Shown here: piece after piece, positions 1 to 12,218 of the stretch
How the letters are laid out: every line of letters starts with the position of its first letter
Position numbering within the stretch: position 1 is the first letter of the stretch
NCBI RefSeq assembly: GCF_035084215.1
Contig: NC_090350.1
Span: 19,902,001-19,966,000 of the forward strand
Reading direction: 5' to 3'
DNA from: Heptranchias perlo
Taxonomy: Eukaryota
Length of the DNA stretch: 64,000 nt
Translations under genes and position numbers: made by a program
The notes under the pieces: generated by a model
Told to the model about the DNA's origin: nothing
What the model saw: the letters and a program-made list of their open reading frames with translations, nothing else
The model's database searches: none

Positions 1-17
1 GCAAGTCATTTCTTTAC

Positions 18-2360
18 CTGCTCCTCCTGCAACCCAGGCAACTGTTGACCAATCTGCAAATACATGGACCAAAAACAAGCATTAGACAAGGATTCGACAA
101 CTGGGAGGCAAGCTGCTCATTTGTTAACCTCTTGACTGCTATACTTGTAATGTAGGAAATCAGTCAAGTTAAATTTAGACTGTCACTTTATTTGTTTGCA
201 GACTACCTGTATAATGCACAAGTACTTTTCTTCTCATCATGAGCACTAATAAGGTCAGGGACACATTAACGTATGAAACTATGGGCCCCAGCCAAATATA
301 GGGCCCCCTACAGGGATGGCGAGCTGTGCCCTACAAGTTCCAGCACTGGAGAGCAGCAGCCCAGTCTTATCCTTCTGGGTATGTTTTAATGGATCGGAGG
401 ATTTGTAGCGGGGGCGGGGGGGTGCGGTTGTGTGGGTGAGCCCCACGAATCCTTAATTCAGCTCTGATTAAGATTTTTTTTTTGCTTACTGCCATGCTAT
501 TGGCACCAGATCTCAAGCAGCTGGATTTGCTAAGGCTGGTGGTTGGGAGGACCGGGCTTTAAGAAAAATGCAGCACCTGGCCATTTTCTCTCCCAGTCAA
601 TGGGTGCAAAAGTAGCTGAGTGCTCAACTGTCACTTTCCCAATACAGTAAACAATACTGGCGCAAAGAAAAGTGGGAAAGTGTTCCATCCCCCAGCCTTG
701 CCACCTCCCACCTTAAAGAACACATGAAAAAGATAAACAAGTCAAGAGAAAAAAAGAAGCTCCTCTTAGCAACACAACCTAATAACAGAACTTTACGATC
801 ACTATGGACACACAAGCCACACAGTATAGAAAGGAGGGAGGAGTAGAGAAGAATGGGTGTTACCTTTGTCACTCCAAGGCAAGCTTGAACCTGTAAAGGG
901 GAGCAGATTAATAACAGAATGAGAGAATTTTCTTTTTATTTTGTCTTTTAAAAGTATTTGTTTTTTTATACACACACACACACACAGTGACAAATCTCTC
1001 ATATCATTGATCACAGTGCGTCAGAGGATACAAACTTGTGTTTACATAGCATCTTATCACATCCTCAGAATGACCCAAAGCATCTTACAATCAATGGATT
1101 ACTTTGGAATTGCATTGATATTTACAGAAAGTGTCCACTATATGGAAGACTTTCAATATATTATAGCTAGGTGGATGTATCTCCACTATGCCTTTTGCAT
1201 ATGCTCAAGATTACAGTCAAATATTAACAAGATGTGCTTCAAAATAGATTAGTACACCATCCCTTATTTTTTAATCACCATAAATCCCAACTGGGAGAGT
1301 CTGTGATTTCTTGCTGATTCTCTTCTGCTCCTTCTGTCTGTGCCAGGGAAATAACTGATGTTATTCCAGGTGGCATGAAAAGTTTCATATCTCACTCTTT
1401 CCCTTCAATCATAGGTGGTACTGCATCTTGGTTCAATCATGCCTGTCCCTCATAAATACAGTTCCATATTGATCAGTCTCAAGAATCCTAAGCTTTTTCT
1501 GTGCTCATAACCTCTGCGAGTCAACTGATCGAATTGCTAAATGTATTTTTTATGGAAAAGCAGCTTCAGCTGTTCTCTTCCTGACCTCCAGGTGCTGTTC
1601 CTCCTGGTCACTTGCCAATAATCTGTGAATCCTCCTTTTCACCACTCTGCCATCCTGATGGTACAGTTGCTAGTTCTTTTTGGCTCATTTTTCTCCTCCA
1701 ACTTTCATTTTTGATGCCAATGCCAAAGAACTTTCCTCCATTCTGTTCTACCTCTATAACTGACGTTAAGTTTTATCCCCATTGTGTGGATTAGATCCTT
1801 AGCTCCCTGGAATCCAAGAAAGTATCTAATCCTGATCATATCCTCAAGACATGTGCCTTCCCTTCTGTCTGTAGTGTTTAGCCTTTGAAGATCCAAAGTT
1901 TAAGTTACCTACTCAGTATTTTCTGATTTATTTTCCTTTTCTATTCTTATCAACTTGATGGGCCTTTAATATTCACTTGTTTCCCAACAAAACCCCAGAG
2001 GGCTGTGGCTGCTCAGTCGTTGAGTATATTCAAGGCTGAGATAGATAGATTTTTGGACTCTAGGGGAATCAAGGGATATGGGGATTGGGCAGGAAGGTAG
2101 AGTTGAGGTTGTAGATCAGCCATGATCTTATTGAATGGTGGAGCAGGCTCGAGGGGCCGTATGACCTACTCCTGCTCCTATTTCTTATGTTCTTAAAAGA
2201 AAGAAACTTCTTTTAAGAGGGATGGGTCAGTAAGATTGCAGAAGGGCCAGGCATAACTTTACAAGTATTTGAAATCAATCAGCATTTCCACATAAATCTA
2301 CGTCTCACCTGTGTTGAAAGAAGCAGACAAGATCAACACGATACAGACCAGGTGTTGCAT
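18..2360 (-). CDS. ISG12-family (IFI6/IFI27-like) gene A, 5' coding exons only; the rest lies beyond the left edge
   Basis: Three phase-1 GT-AG exons: 2360-2309 (MQHLVCIVLILSASFNT, signal-peptide-like), 890-864 (GSSLPWSDK, 27 nt) and 53-18 (DWSTVAWVAGGA, like the segment before the ISG12 exon in the paralogues). Non-coding exon 1 has a donor at 4866-4865. The promoter is homologous to that of gene B. The ISG12 exon itself is not in the window. Confidence 0.65.
1993..2194 (+). mobile_element. CR1 LINE 3' end fragment
   Basis: Near-identical to the CR1 3' end at 40250-40455, ending in cttatgttctta. Confidence 0.8.
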
Positions 2361-3014
2361 TTTTCCGATATTTTCAACCACGACCAATACAAGAATTGCG
2401 GGTTTCAGTAACAGCTGGAACACAATGTGACCTACCTGCATGAATCAACAAAAAAGGCAAGTTCAATTAAAAAGGTTACAAGGGAAGACTAGACTGTGCT
2501 ATGTAGTAACTTCACCTGGTAGCAGATTTATAACTGCAGCTAGAGTTGGTTCAAATTGTTATCAGTAAAGCTTGGTTTCAAATTTTGTCCAGTTACCTTC
2601 AGTGAACTTATAACTCTTCACTCTTAAGTGATTACTCGATTAAAAACTGAATTATACTTCATTTTTGTTGGGATGTATCAGTGGTTAACCTCCAATAAAA
2701 ATGTAGTCATGCTGCTGCTGCTGTCAGAGGTGGTGCTTTCTTATTAATTCCTGAGATGTGGGCAATGTTGGCATAACTGAATTTTTAGTATTTATCCAAT
2801 TCCCTTTTGAACGTTACTACTGAATCTACCTCCACCACCCTTCCAGATCATAACTCGCTATGTAAAAAGATTTCTTCTCTCTCCTCTGATTCTTTTACCA
2901 ATTACCTTAAATCTATGTCCTCTGGTTACCAACCCTCCTGCCAGTGCAAACAGTTTCTCCTTATTTACTCTATCAATATCCATCATAATTTTGCATGTCT
3001 TGCCTGGTTCCATT

Positions 3015-4092
3015 CTTAACTATCCAGTTGTAGCCAGAGAATCACCGGCTTCTTTTCCCGTTCCCACACCGTTACCTCTGGAGTCCCCAAGGATCTATCC
3101 TTGGGCCCCTCCTATTTCTCATCTACATGCCGCCCCTCGGCGACATCGTCTAAAAACACGATGTCAGTTTCCACATGTACACTGACGATGCCCAGCTCTA
3201 CCTCACCACCCCCTCCCTTGACCCCTCCACTGTCTCTGATTTGTCACACTGCTTGTCCTACATCCAGTACTGGATGAGCAAAAATTTCCCCACTCTAGAT
3301 ATTGGGAAGACTGAAGCCATTGTCTTCGGTCCCCGCCACAAACTCCATTCCCTAACCACCGACTCCCTGGCCATTGTCTGAGGCTGAACCAGACTGTTTG
3401 CAACCTTGGCGTTCTATTTGACCTTGAGATGAGCTTCCGACCACATATCTGCTCTATCACCAAGATCGCCTACTTCCACCTCCGTAGCATCGCCCGTCTC
3501 CAACCTACCTCAACTCATCTGCTGCTGAAACCCTCATCCATGCCTTTGTTACCTCTAGACTTGACTATTCCAATGCTCTCCTGGCCGACTTCCCATCTTC
3601 CACCCTCCATCAATTTGTGCTCATCCAAAACTCTGCTGCCCATATCCTAACTCGCACCAAGTCCTATTCACCGTCGCCCTTGTGCTCACTGACCTACATT
3701 GGCTCCTGGGCCGGGAATGCCTCGATTTTAAAATTCTCATCCTTGTTTTCAAATCCCTCCATGGCCTCGCCTCTCCCTATCTCTGTAACCTCCTCTAGCC
3801 CTGCAACAATCCGAGATCTCTGCACTCCTCCAATTCTGGCCTCTTGTGCATCCCCGATTTTAATCACTCGACCATTGGCGGCTGTACCTTCAGCTGCCTA
3901 AGCCCTAACCTCTGGAATTCCCTTCCTAAACCTCTCCGCCTTTCTACCTCTCTATCCTCCATCCTTGGTCACCTGTCCTAATATCTCCTTATGTGGCTCG
4001 GTGTCAAATTTTGTTTGATTACGCTCCTGTGAAGCACCTTGGGACGTTTTACTACGTTAAAGGCGCTATATAAATGGAAGTTGCTGTTATTA
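3015..4092 (+). mobile_element. L2-type LINE, 5'-truncated and frameshifted RT C-terminal half plus 3' UTR
   Basis: Broken ORF pieces GVPQGSILGPLLF, YTDDAQLYL and HICSITKIAYFHLRSIARL; L2-type tail aaaggcgctatataaat...gttgctgtt. Confidence 0.85.
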
Positions 4093-4866
4093 TAAATCTC
4101 CCCTTAACCTTCTCTGTTCTAAGGATAATCCCAGTTTCTCTAATCCCTCCACATAATTGAAGTCCCTCATCCCTACGCGATTTTCCACATTGTTGGATAG
4201 ATGCCAGAATCATAGCTCTACTGCAACAACATAGCTGGGAAGGAGTTGGGAGGTAAATGGCTAGTTCCGGTGTACAGGTCTTTAGCACAACGGCTGGGAT
4301 GTTATCAAGGTCGGTAACCTCTTCATCACATAACCCAACTCTCATTTAAATGATTGCAGGGCTTTCTGCTCCAGATTACCCACACACATAAAGGGCGATT
4401 TTAACCCTGCTGAAAAAAAAAGACTGTGTAGCCTAAAACTGAATGGAGGGCAACTGTAGTGATCATTTTCAGGATCAGTCAACAGTTTAACCCATCAGCA
4501 GGTTAATTAACCTCCGAAGTTGTTCTTCCAACCGATTGATATATATTTATTTAAATAGTAAAACAAAAATTTGGAACCTTTTCATTTAAGCAATTGTGCT
4601 GTGACAGATGACTAAGTATGAAGTAGTAAGCAAAATAGTTGTCTAAATAATCTTGATGCTACTTATGATCATACTTTGACAAATGAATACATAACACGAT
4701 GAATCCTAACAATCCATTTCTGTGCCTCTGATCGACAAGGAAACGACTGCCAAGATAAAGCGATTTTCAAGTGATTATTATGGAAAAGTAATATCGCAAA
4801 AAATGCTACCCTGCATCAAATTTGTATTAGATATTTTATATGTTAACTGGTATATGTTGGGCTTAC

Positions 4867-5170
4867 CCAAAGCCAAGGTCAGCTGCAGCAGATCTCAATA
4901 ACAGCAGCCAAGCATTTCCTTCAGTATAGAATATATAGCAAACTGAGAGGACTCTGCTGGGTCCAAATGCTCAATGAGTTCGATTTATTCATATTTTAGG
5001 CACAGGAAAGTTTTTTTGCAGTGAGAACCGGGGCGTACCCTGTAATTTAAATAATTGCTGTTTACCACAGTAAGCCGAGAGACATGACCTATTTTTTTCA
5101 CTCTCTGTTTTTTTTCAAGATCCCGAGGAAATCGAAACTGCCTCTTTAGTTTCGGTTTCGTTTCTTCAGA
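4867..5170 (-). promoter_or_regulatory. Gene A non-coding exon 1 and promoter with TATA box and tandem ISREs
   Basis: Donor GTAAGC after 4867; TATATA at about 4931-4937; ggaaatcgaaactg at about 5127-5140 and agtttcggtttcgtttc at about 5148-5164 match the ISRE consensus GAAANNGAAACT. Confidence 0.75.
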
Positions 5171-6769
5171 AATCCAGCTGGCGTCTCTAACTTGCAATTG
5201 TTGGATTACACGCACTAAAGATCAGTCCCCTTTCAAGTTCCAAAGCGTGTGACCTTCAAAGCTCTTGAACATTTATTAAGCAGTATTTTTACTAGTGCAT
5301 TAGTAGATATTATAAGACTTTAAAAGCTGTAAATATATTGGGATTGGTTTTCAATTTGCTGCTCTGACGTGAAACTAGCGTTTCCATGAAACGAAATCAG
5401 GTGGTGTGTAAAACGGGCGGCCAACTCGCTTTGCCCGTTTTTGCAATCGCCCAGGACGAATTTCACCCATAATGTGTTTTTGTGACATTCCTCGGTCCAC
5501 ACTTTTGTCACCTCCATCCTGATTTCTCCAACACCTTCCTTAATGTCCTCAAACGCCTCACCCTACATAAACTGCAGCTCCTCCAAAACTTTGCTGCTTG
5601 CATCCTGTCCTACATCATCCATGTCCTCACCAACCCAATGAGAGAAACTTTCACTAATTAACCTCAGTACTATTTAGGCTACTTCCCCACAGGGAGTACC
5701 TGAACCAATGACTTCAAAAGTTCAGGCCAATTATACAGATAAACAATGCAACTATGCCCCAAACTACCCATAAGCAACAGCACGGGAAATCAACTAGTTC
5801 TTAAAGCAAAGAGATATGATGTGGAGAGCCTGAGGGTTGCACATTGACGCTTGATGTAATGTGGGAGGAGGTAGCCCATTTTGGGTCCAGACTTGGCGCT
5901 GCTGAGGCAACGCACGTCCAAAGACGGAGGCCCGAGAATTGTGAACAATTGGTCCTCGGGCCTTTTCTAGATATTCGGGGTGAGCTGCCAGCACCGGTCA
6001 CACCTCCATAGGTAGCTCGCCTGAGGAAAGGCTTCAAATTCAGGCCGTCTCTTCGCCAGCAGCGGCCCTCAGATAAGGGGGGGGGAGTAGACAACGGAAG
6101 GGGGGCGATCGCAGCCGGCAGGAGTTGTGTGGTGCCAGGGGTAGCACTAAAAGTAAAAAAAAAAGAAAATTTACATTCCTTTTCAGTCACATCCATATCC
6201 AGAAAACCCGAGCAGGTCCAAGACCTGCTCCACCCAGGACAGCCCCATTTCTGGAAATGGTCCTTAAATTGGCATTAGGCCCCTCATATGGAAGATGCCT
6301 GACACCTGTTTTAGCCGGCCACCCCGGACACCGGAAAAATGGTCCAACCCAATTTCAATTTTCAGGGGTTTCTGGGGAGCAGGACATTGCGCCCCGAAAT
6401 TGGTCCTTTTTGCGCTCGTTTTAAGCCTGTCCAACAGGCACAATGAGGACCAATTTCTACCCCGGGATGTGCAAAGGAAAACATACAAAGCTGGTGCCCA
6501 GGTGTGGGCCCTGAAGGAGGCACAGAAACAAAGGCTGGATACTTATGTGAACATACTGTAGAAGCAGGATATTAAGGAGAGGGCGGAGGAGAGATCAGCT
6601 GTAAGGAAAGAATGAATGATACTGAAGTAATGACATGAGAAAGAGTCACCTGTGTGTGGAAACAGAGACAAGTTATGGCAAGCAGATTACAATGTACAAG
6701 GCTCATAGGACAGTAACTGGCCAGGTTAGATTTGTTCAGCTTTTTGTGAATAGGACATCCCTATGCAAT

Positions 6770-8730
6770 TATCCACATTGTTGGGTTGATGCCTAGGTCA
6801 TAGCTCCATTGCAACAGCTTAGTTGGGGTGGGGTGAGGGGAGGTAAATGGCTAGTTCTGGTGCACAGGTCTTTAGCACAACAGCTGGGATGTTACCAGGG
6901 TCGGTAACCTCTTCATCACATAACCCAACTCTCATTTAAACGATTGCAGGGCTTTCTGCTCTAGGAGATTACCCACACAAGCTAGGGGCGATTTTAACCC
7001 TGCTGAAAAAAGAGACTGTGTAGCCTAAAGCTGAATGGAGAGCAACAGTACTCAACATTTTCAGGACCAGTCAACAGTTTAACCCATCAGCAGGTTAATT
7101 AACCTCCGATACTCTACTTCCTACAGATTGAAATATATTTATTTAAATGCTAAAGCAAAAATTTGGAATCTTTTTTATTTAAGCAACTGTACTTTGACAG
7201 ATTGCTAAGTATGTGAAATAGTAAGCAAAATAGTTGACTAAATTATCTCAATGCTACTTATGGTTTGACACATAAACAGAACAAGATGAATCCTAGAAAA
7301 CCATTTCTGTGCCTCTGATCGACAACGAGGCGACTGCCAGGATAAAGCACATAATCCAGAAACCATTTTGAAGCTTTGCTTTGGGTGAGGCAGGTTTGGG
7401 GCACCATTTAAAACATGTACCATGTATCATGTACCATACCAAGTCATTTCTTCAGCTGAAAGGAAACTAAATACATGCAGAATCTGGCAGACTCTTAAAT
7501 TTACATATCAAAAATAATAGACCTGCAAGTTACTGGGTAGGTAGGAATATGTTTTCATATTTCCTGGAAGAGCAGCTGCTGTAACTAGAAGTATGTCTCA
7601 TGGTCATAGTTCCATTGTAATAGCTTTGCTGGGGTGGGGAGGTAAATTTCTATTTCTGGTGCACAGGTCTTTAGCACAAGAAGCTGGAATGTTATCAGGG
7701 TCGGTAATCTTATTGAATGGCGGAGCTGGCTCGAGGGGCCGTATGGCCTACTCCTGCTCCTATTTCTTACGTTCTTACGTTCTTGGTCTGTTCTGTGTAA
7801 CTACACACAGCAGTTATTGAAGAATAACCATCAGGACATCTCCGAGGAAACAATATTGGTTGGAAATATCCAAATCCTCTTGTGCATTTCTCAGTCTTCT
7901 GGGACTACGAACTGTCCATAGTTGCCAATGTCCGCGCTGCACACAGACACCAGCTTTTCCAGCCTCGGAATGGGAAATCAACTGATTTCAAGCATCACAA
8001 ACAGGGGCCGGAAAAGCTGTTTCCGGCACAAAAAGTGGATGATTGGCAACTGTGAGAACAAATCACTACCTTTAGCTTTAGCTTTGCTATTCCTAAATAT
8101 AATCATTGAACCACTACAATCTCACTTACTCTCCACACCTCTTTTGTTCTCGGTACATTATTATGTCGCTGAGATTCTTACTCGGCTCCTTTTCCTGAGT
8201 AGCTCCTGGTGCTAATCGGTTCCATGAAACCTATGTGTTACTCCTATGTTACTCTTCTGCTTTTACAAGATTCTTCTTTAACCACCTTTCCCAACTGTAG
8301 CCATTCCTTTTCACCTGTCAGTATCTTGATCCACTACCGCTTCCAAACAAATTCATTTCTTATCTCTTCCAGCTGGTCCCCATGCTGAGCTTTTTCTCCT
8401 TCTGTGCCCAATGCTCACTCCTTATTCGTTGAACACTTCTAGGAACCTGGGGCATTTACTAATCTCTATGAGCATTTCAATCCTAGTCCTTAATTCTACT
8501 ATCCTTTCCTTCGATTTGCAGCCATTCACTTCCTGCTCAATTACCGCACAGATTACACAATCCACTGTTCTCAATTCCATCCTTTTTTAGCTATATTCTA
8601 AAAATTATTTGAACAATTAATAAAGAGCAGCAGCCAAATGTTCACCCAAGTGCAGTATAACAAACGGTGAGGACTCTGCTGGGTCCTAATGCTCAATCGG
8701 TTCTATTCATTCAATTCCCGGCACAGACGG
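6770..8730 (-). pseudogene. Relic ISG12-gene intron-1/promoter duplicate with no coding exons
   Basis: 6780-7350 aligns with 4190-4760 (gene A intron 1). 7550-7610, 7820-7910 and 8555-8615 align with 16865-17085 (gene B intron 1). 8620-8725 aligns with the exon-1/TATA region at 17745-17860 but has no splice donor and a degenerate TATA. Confidence 0.65.
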
Positions 8731-9177
8731 GTAATTTCTGAAACACGTGGCCAATCCACAACGTTAGATTTACGCCCCGGCAACAAGTTGAGAATCAACC
8801 CCATTGTGTGTGAATGGGGTCAACCGGCAGAGCGTGCCAGAGGCCCACCTGTTCTGGCAATGAAGAGGCCAGAGCCATTTAGTGGACCTGGCTTTATTTA
8901 AATTGCACCGAGCTGCCCACCCCAAATGGGCTGGCGGCCAGATAAGCTTGGGGAATTGTCACGATAGTGGGGTGAGGGGATGCCTGGTGGCAGTGGCCCA
9001 GATTATTTTTGTAGGGCCCTATCCAGTTACTTCTTGATTTACCTCATTCCTACATTTCCTTCAGATCCAGTTTGCATAGTTAGAAAAGGTCAAAGAAATT
9101 CTTTGAAAACAAATGAATGAAACAAGAGTAGAAAATGTTGGAAATGCACTGTGTTCTGAAGACAGGTCCCACTCAAT

Positions 9178-10683
9178 GGCCCTGAATTTGCTGGGAAAAT
9201 AACGGCGAGTTAAATGCGCTCACCGTTATTAGTGTGTAAATAACTCAGTAATTTGCGTCAACGAAGAGATACGCCGTGAGTTGCGAATTGCCACAAATTG
9301 CTGGACGATTTGTGCCACTCCACTGTTAGCCTCACGAAAACGGGAGCTCACCGTCAACCTCCCTGTGAGTATCAAAACATTTCTGCATTTGCGCTGTTAA
9401 AATGAATTAAACTTGCCGCAGAAAGTTAGGGCTGGCACTTAACGATGTAAGGATGCGATTTATGTTCCTGCAATGCCACTCAATCTCTCCGGCCCAGAAA
9501 GGAAACAATTGGAATTGTGGAGTTTCATTCCTACAGGCAGTAAATTGTTCCAAGCTGTTTTTAAAATTTTTTAATTAATGGGCCGGAACTTGCTCCGACC
9601 GGCATGGCAAGGCTGTCCGCACATCCTGCGGACAAACACCACGAATAAAATTACCTTGTAGTCTCCAATGTCCACTTGTTCCCTGTTCTATTTTTTTTAA
9701 GTTTAGCGCTATGGATCCAGCGCAGGTTCATTAGGATCCGATAGAGACTGTGGGAATGGAGGTCCCGCCCACAGAATCTGTCAAGAAGTGAAGTCATGCC
9801 GACAAGCAGGCAAGTAGGAATCATTCATTTAAAGTAAACTTCTGTATGTTAGTTTAAATAAAAATTTAACATATCTTATAAAAAGCCAAGCAAATGATTT
9901 AATGTAATGAAACTTACAGAAGTTAAAAGTAAAAAAAAGTTTTACATTTTTAATTTCTAAACATTTTTTTTAATGATCAGAAAATATTAAAATAAGTGTA
10001 ATATGACATTCCACATTTTTAAAACTTAATTTTTGTTGTTTCTCAGTAACTAACAGTCATCACGCTTTTAAAAAGTAGCAAAGAGCTGGTATTTTCCAGC
10101 GTACCTTTTGGTGGCGTATCTTTGTTCCAGATGGGGAGATGGGTAAGTTTATGAACGTTTAGTGATTTTATTGATTGTAGCGTAGGTGGCCCTTTAATTT
10201 AGACCTGTCAAACCGCCGGCAAACCAATGGGAGCAAGCTCACGATTTCCGGGTTTTAGTGCGCATTCGTGAACTTACTCAATAGATTCGCCAGCGGAGAG
10301 AGAGGACGTCATTACTCACCTTGGGTGAGTAATTTCTGGGCCAATATTTTTTTTCTTACTTTCCCTTTGTCTCTTTTTTCTCTCTCTCTTAATCCAATCT
10401 TTCTTTTCCTCACTTTAATTCTCTTTCTATATCTAATTTGACTCTAATTCACCCTATTTCCTTCTCTGTCGTTCCTCGGTTTCTGTCTCCATCCTTAAAT
10501 TTCACTGGTTAAGGATGTTGGTCCTGCTATTCACTAAGATCCCAGATGCCCTGTTGACCTCGCCCCCGTCATCAGCTTGCAGTTCCAGCAATTTGCAGTG
10601 CAAAACATTTTCGAGCTGAAGGGTGAGGGTAACAATCTAACGGAGCACGTCACGAGATGCCCCGCTCCAGCAAATTATGGGCC
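9178..10683. mobile_element. Non-autonomous Harbinger-group DNA element containing a nested element
   Basis: Termini ggccctgaatttgctgg...ccagcaaattatgggcc; AAT duplicated at 9175-9177 and 10684-10686; related to 35969-36749 and 52626-53411. Confidence 0.7.
9580..10342. mobile_element. Nested non-autonomous Harbinger-group element
   Basis: Termini gggccggaacttgctc...gagtaatttctgggcc; AAT on both flanks; homologous to 33133-33863. Confidence 0.7.
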
Positions 10684-10934
10684 AATATGTTAATCTTTGT
10701 CTTTTAAGATATCAGATGACCTGTTTTGCATTCCCAGCATTTTTATTTCAGATTCCCAAGCATTCATGGTCTTTTTAATCTAAGCTTATGAAGCAGTTCT
10801 TATTCAAATACTTTCTTTTATAATCAATTCAAGAGTCGCCTTCAGGAAAAAGTGTTTAGAATGCATACATAGTAACAGTCATTGTAGCTAGGTTATGTTT
10901 CAAAGCACCAAAGTTTTCAATTGTAAGATACAGC

Positions 10935-11805
10935 TTGAACACGTACATGATGGACGTGCTCTCCAAAATGGGGTTTGGGGAGGGAATCCGCAATTGGATC
11001 CAACTGCTCTACACAAACATCAGTAGCGCCGTTTCAATCAACGGGTGGGAATCAGAAAGCTTCCCGATCAAATCTGGAGTCAGGCAGGGCTGTCCTCTCT
11101 CCTCTGTCTTGTTTGTGTGCTGCATCGAACCCTTTGCCGAGTCCATCAGGAGGGATGCGGGCATAAGAGAGGTGACGATCCCAGGCAGCGGAGGCACTCA
11201 GGTCAAGGCCTCCCTGTACATGGACGACGTTGCCGTCTTTTGCTCGAATCAGCTGTCGGTCCGCAGATTGATGAGCATCTGCGACCTGTTCGAACTGGCC
11301 TCAGGGGCCAGGGTAAATCGCACCAAGAGCGAGGCCATGTTCTTTGGGAACAGGACCGACCGATCCTTTGTCCCCTTCATTGTCAGGTCGGATTACCTGA
11401 AGGTGCTGGGATCTGGTTCGGGGGGGCCGGGGCGTGCACCGAAAACTGGAAGGAGCGTATTTCTAAGGTGAAGCAGAAATTGGGACTGTGGGATCGATGA
11501 TCCCTCTCGATCGTGGGAAAAAACCTGGTCATCAGGTGCGAGGTGCTCTCGGTGTTGCTGTACTTGGCACAGGTCTGGCCCATACCTCGCTCCTGCGCCG
11601 TGACAGTCACCCGAGCCATCTTCCGCTTTATCTGGAGATCAAAAATGGACCGTGTCCGCAGGGACACGATGTACAAATCTCTGGAGAAAGGGGGGAAAGG
11701 CGTGCCCAACGTGGCCCTCATCCTGATGGCCACTTTTGTGTGCGGCTGCATCAAGCTTTGCGGGGACCCCTGGTAAGAAAACACAAAATGTCACTACGTG
11801 CTGAG
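10935..11805 (+). mobile_element. Tx1-like (L1 clade) non-LTR retrotransposon RT fragment
   Basis: Motifs SGVRQGCPLS and ASLYMDDVAVF, then GKNLVIRCEVLSVLLY...GGKGVPNV; frameshift near 11410 and in-frame stops; GC-richer than the flanks. Confidence 0.85.
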
Positions 11806-12218
11806 TGGCTCAAAGTGGCGCTAGTGTCTGCCTGTAAGAATTAATTTTGATGACCTTAGCGAATGACACTTCATGGGAGTGAAGTTCTTCTTGGTGTAAC
11901 CTCTTCCCAGAATAGATCTAGAACTTCTTTCTTGCCAAACATTTGGCTTAAACACCAGTCTCATTAACTCAAACTACTCTCCCATCCTCTGACTTTTGCC
12001 TTTTGGCCTGTATTATTGCTCTGTATCAATCTCACTGGCTCAGCAATATGGAACTTGATGGAACAGGGTTCTCCTAGCATCCCAAATGCCAAAGCCATCG
12101 AAGGTGACACTGCTTTTACTGGTACACTGCTGGAATAGCCCACATGTTATAGCAATTGCTGTCTAACTGAGAAATGATGAGAGAGGAGAAATGATTGGAA
12201 AAGCTAACACAGGTATTT

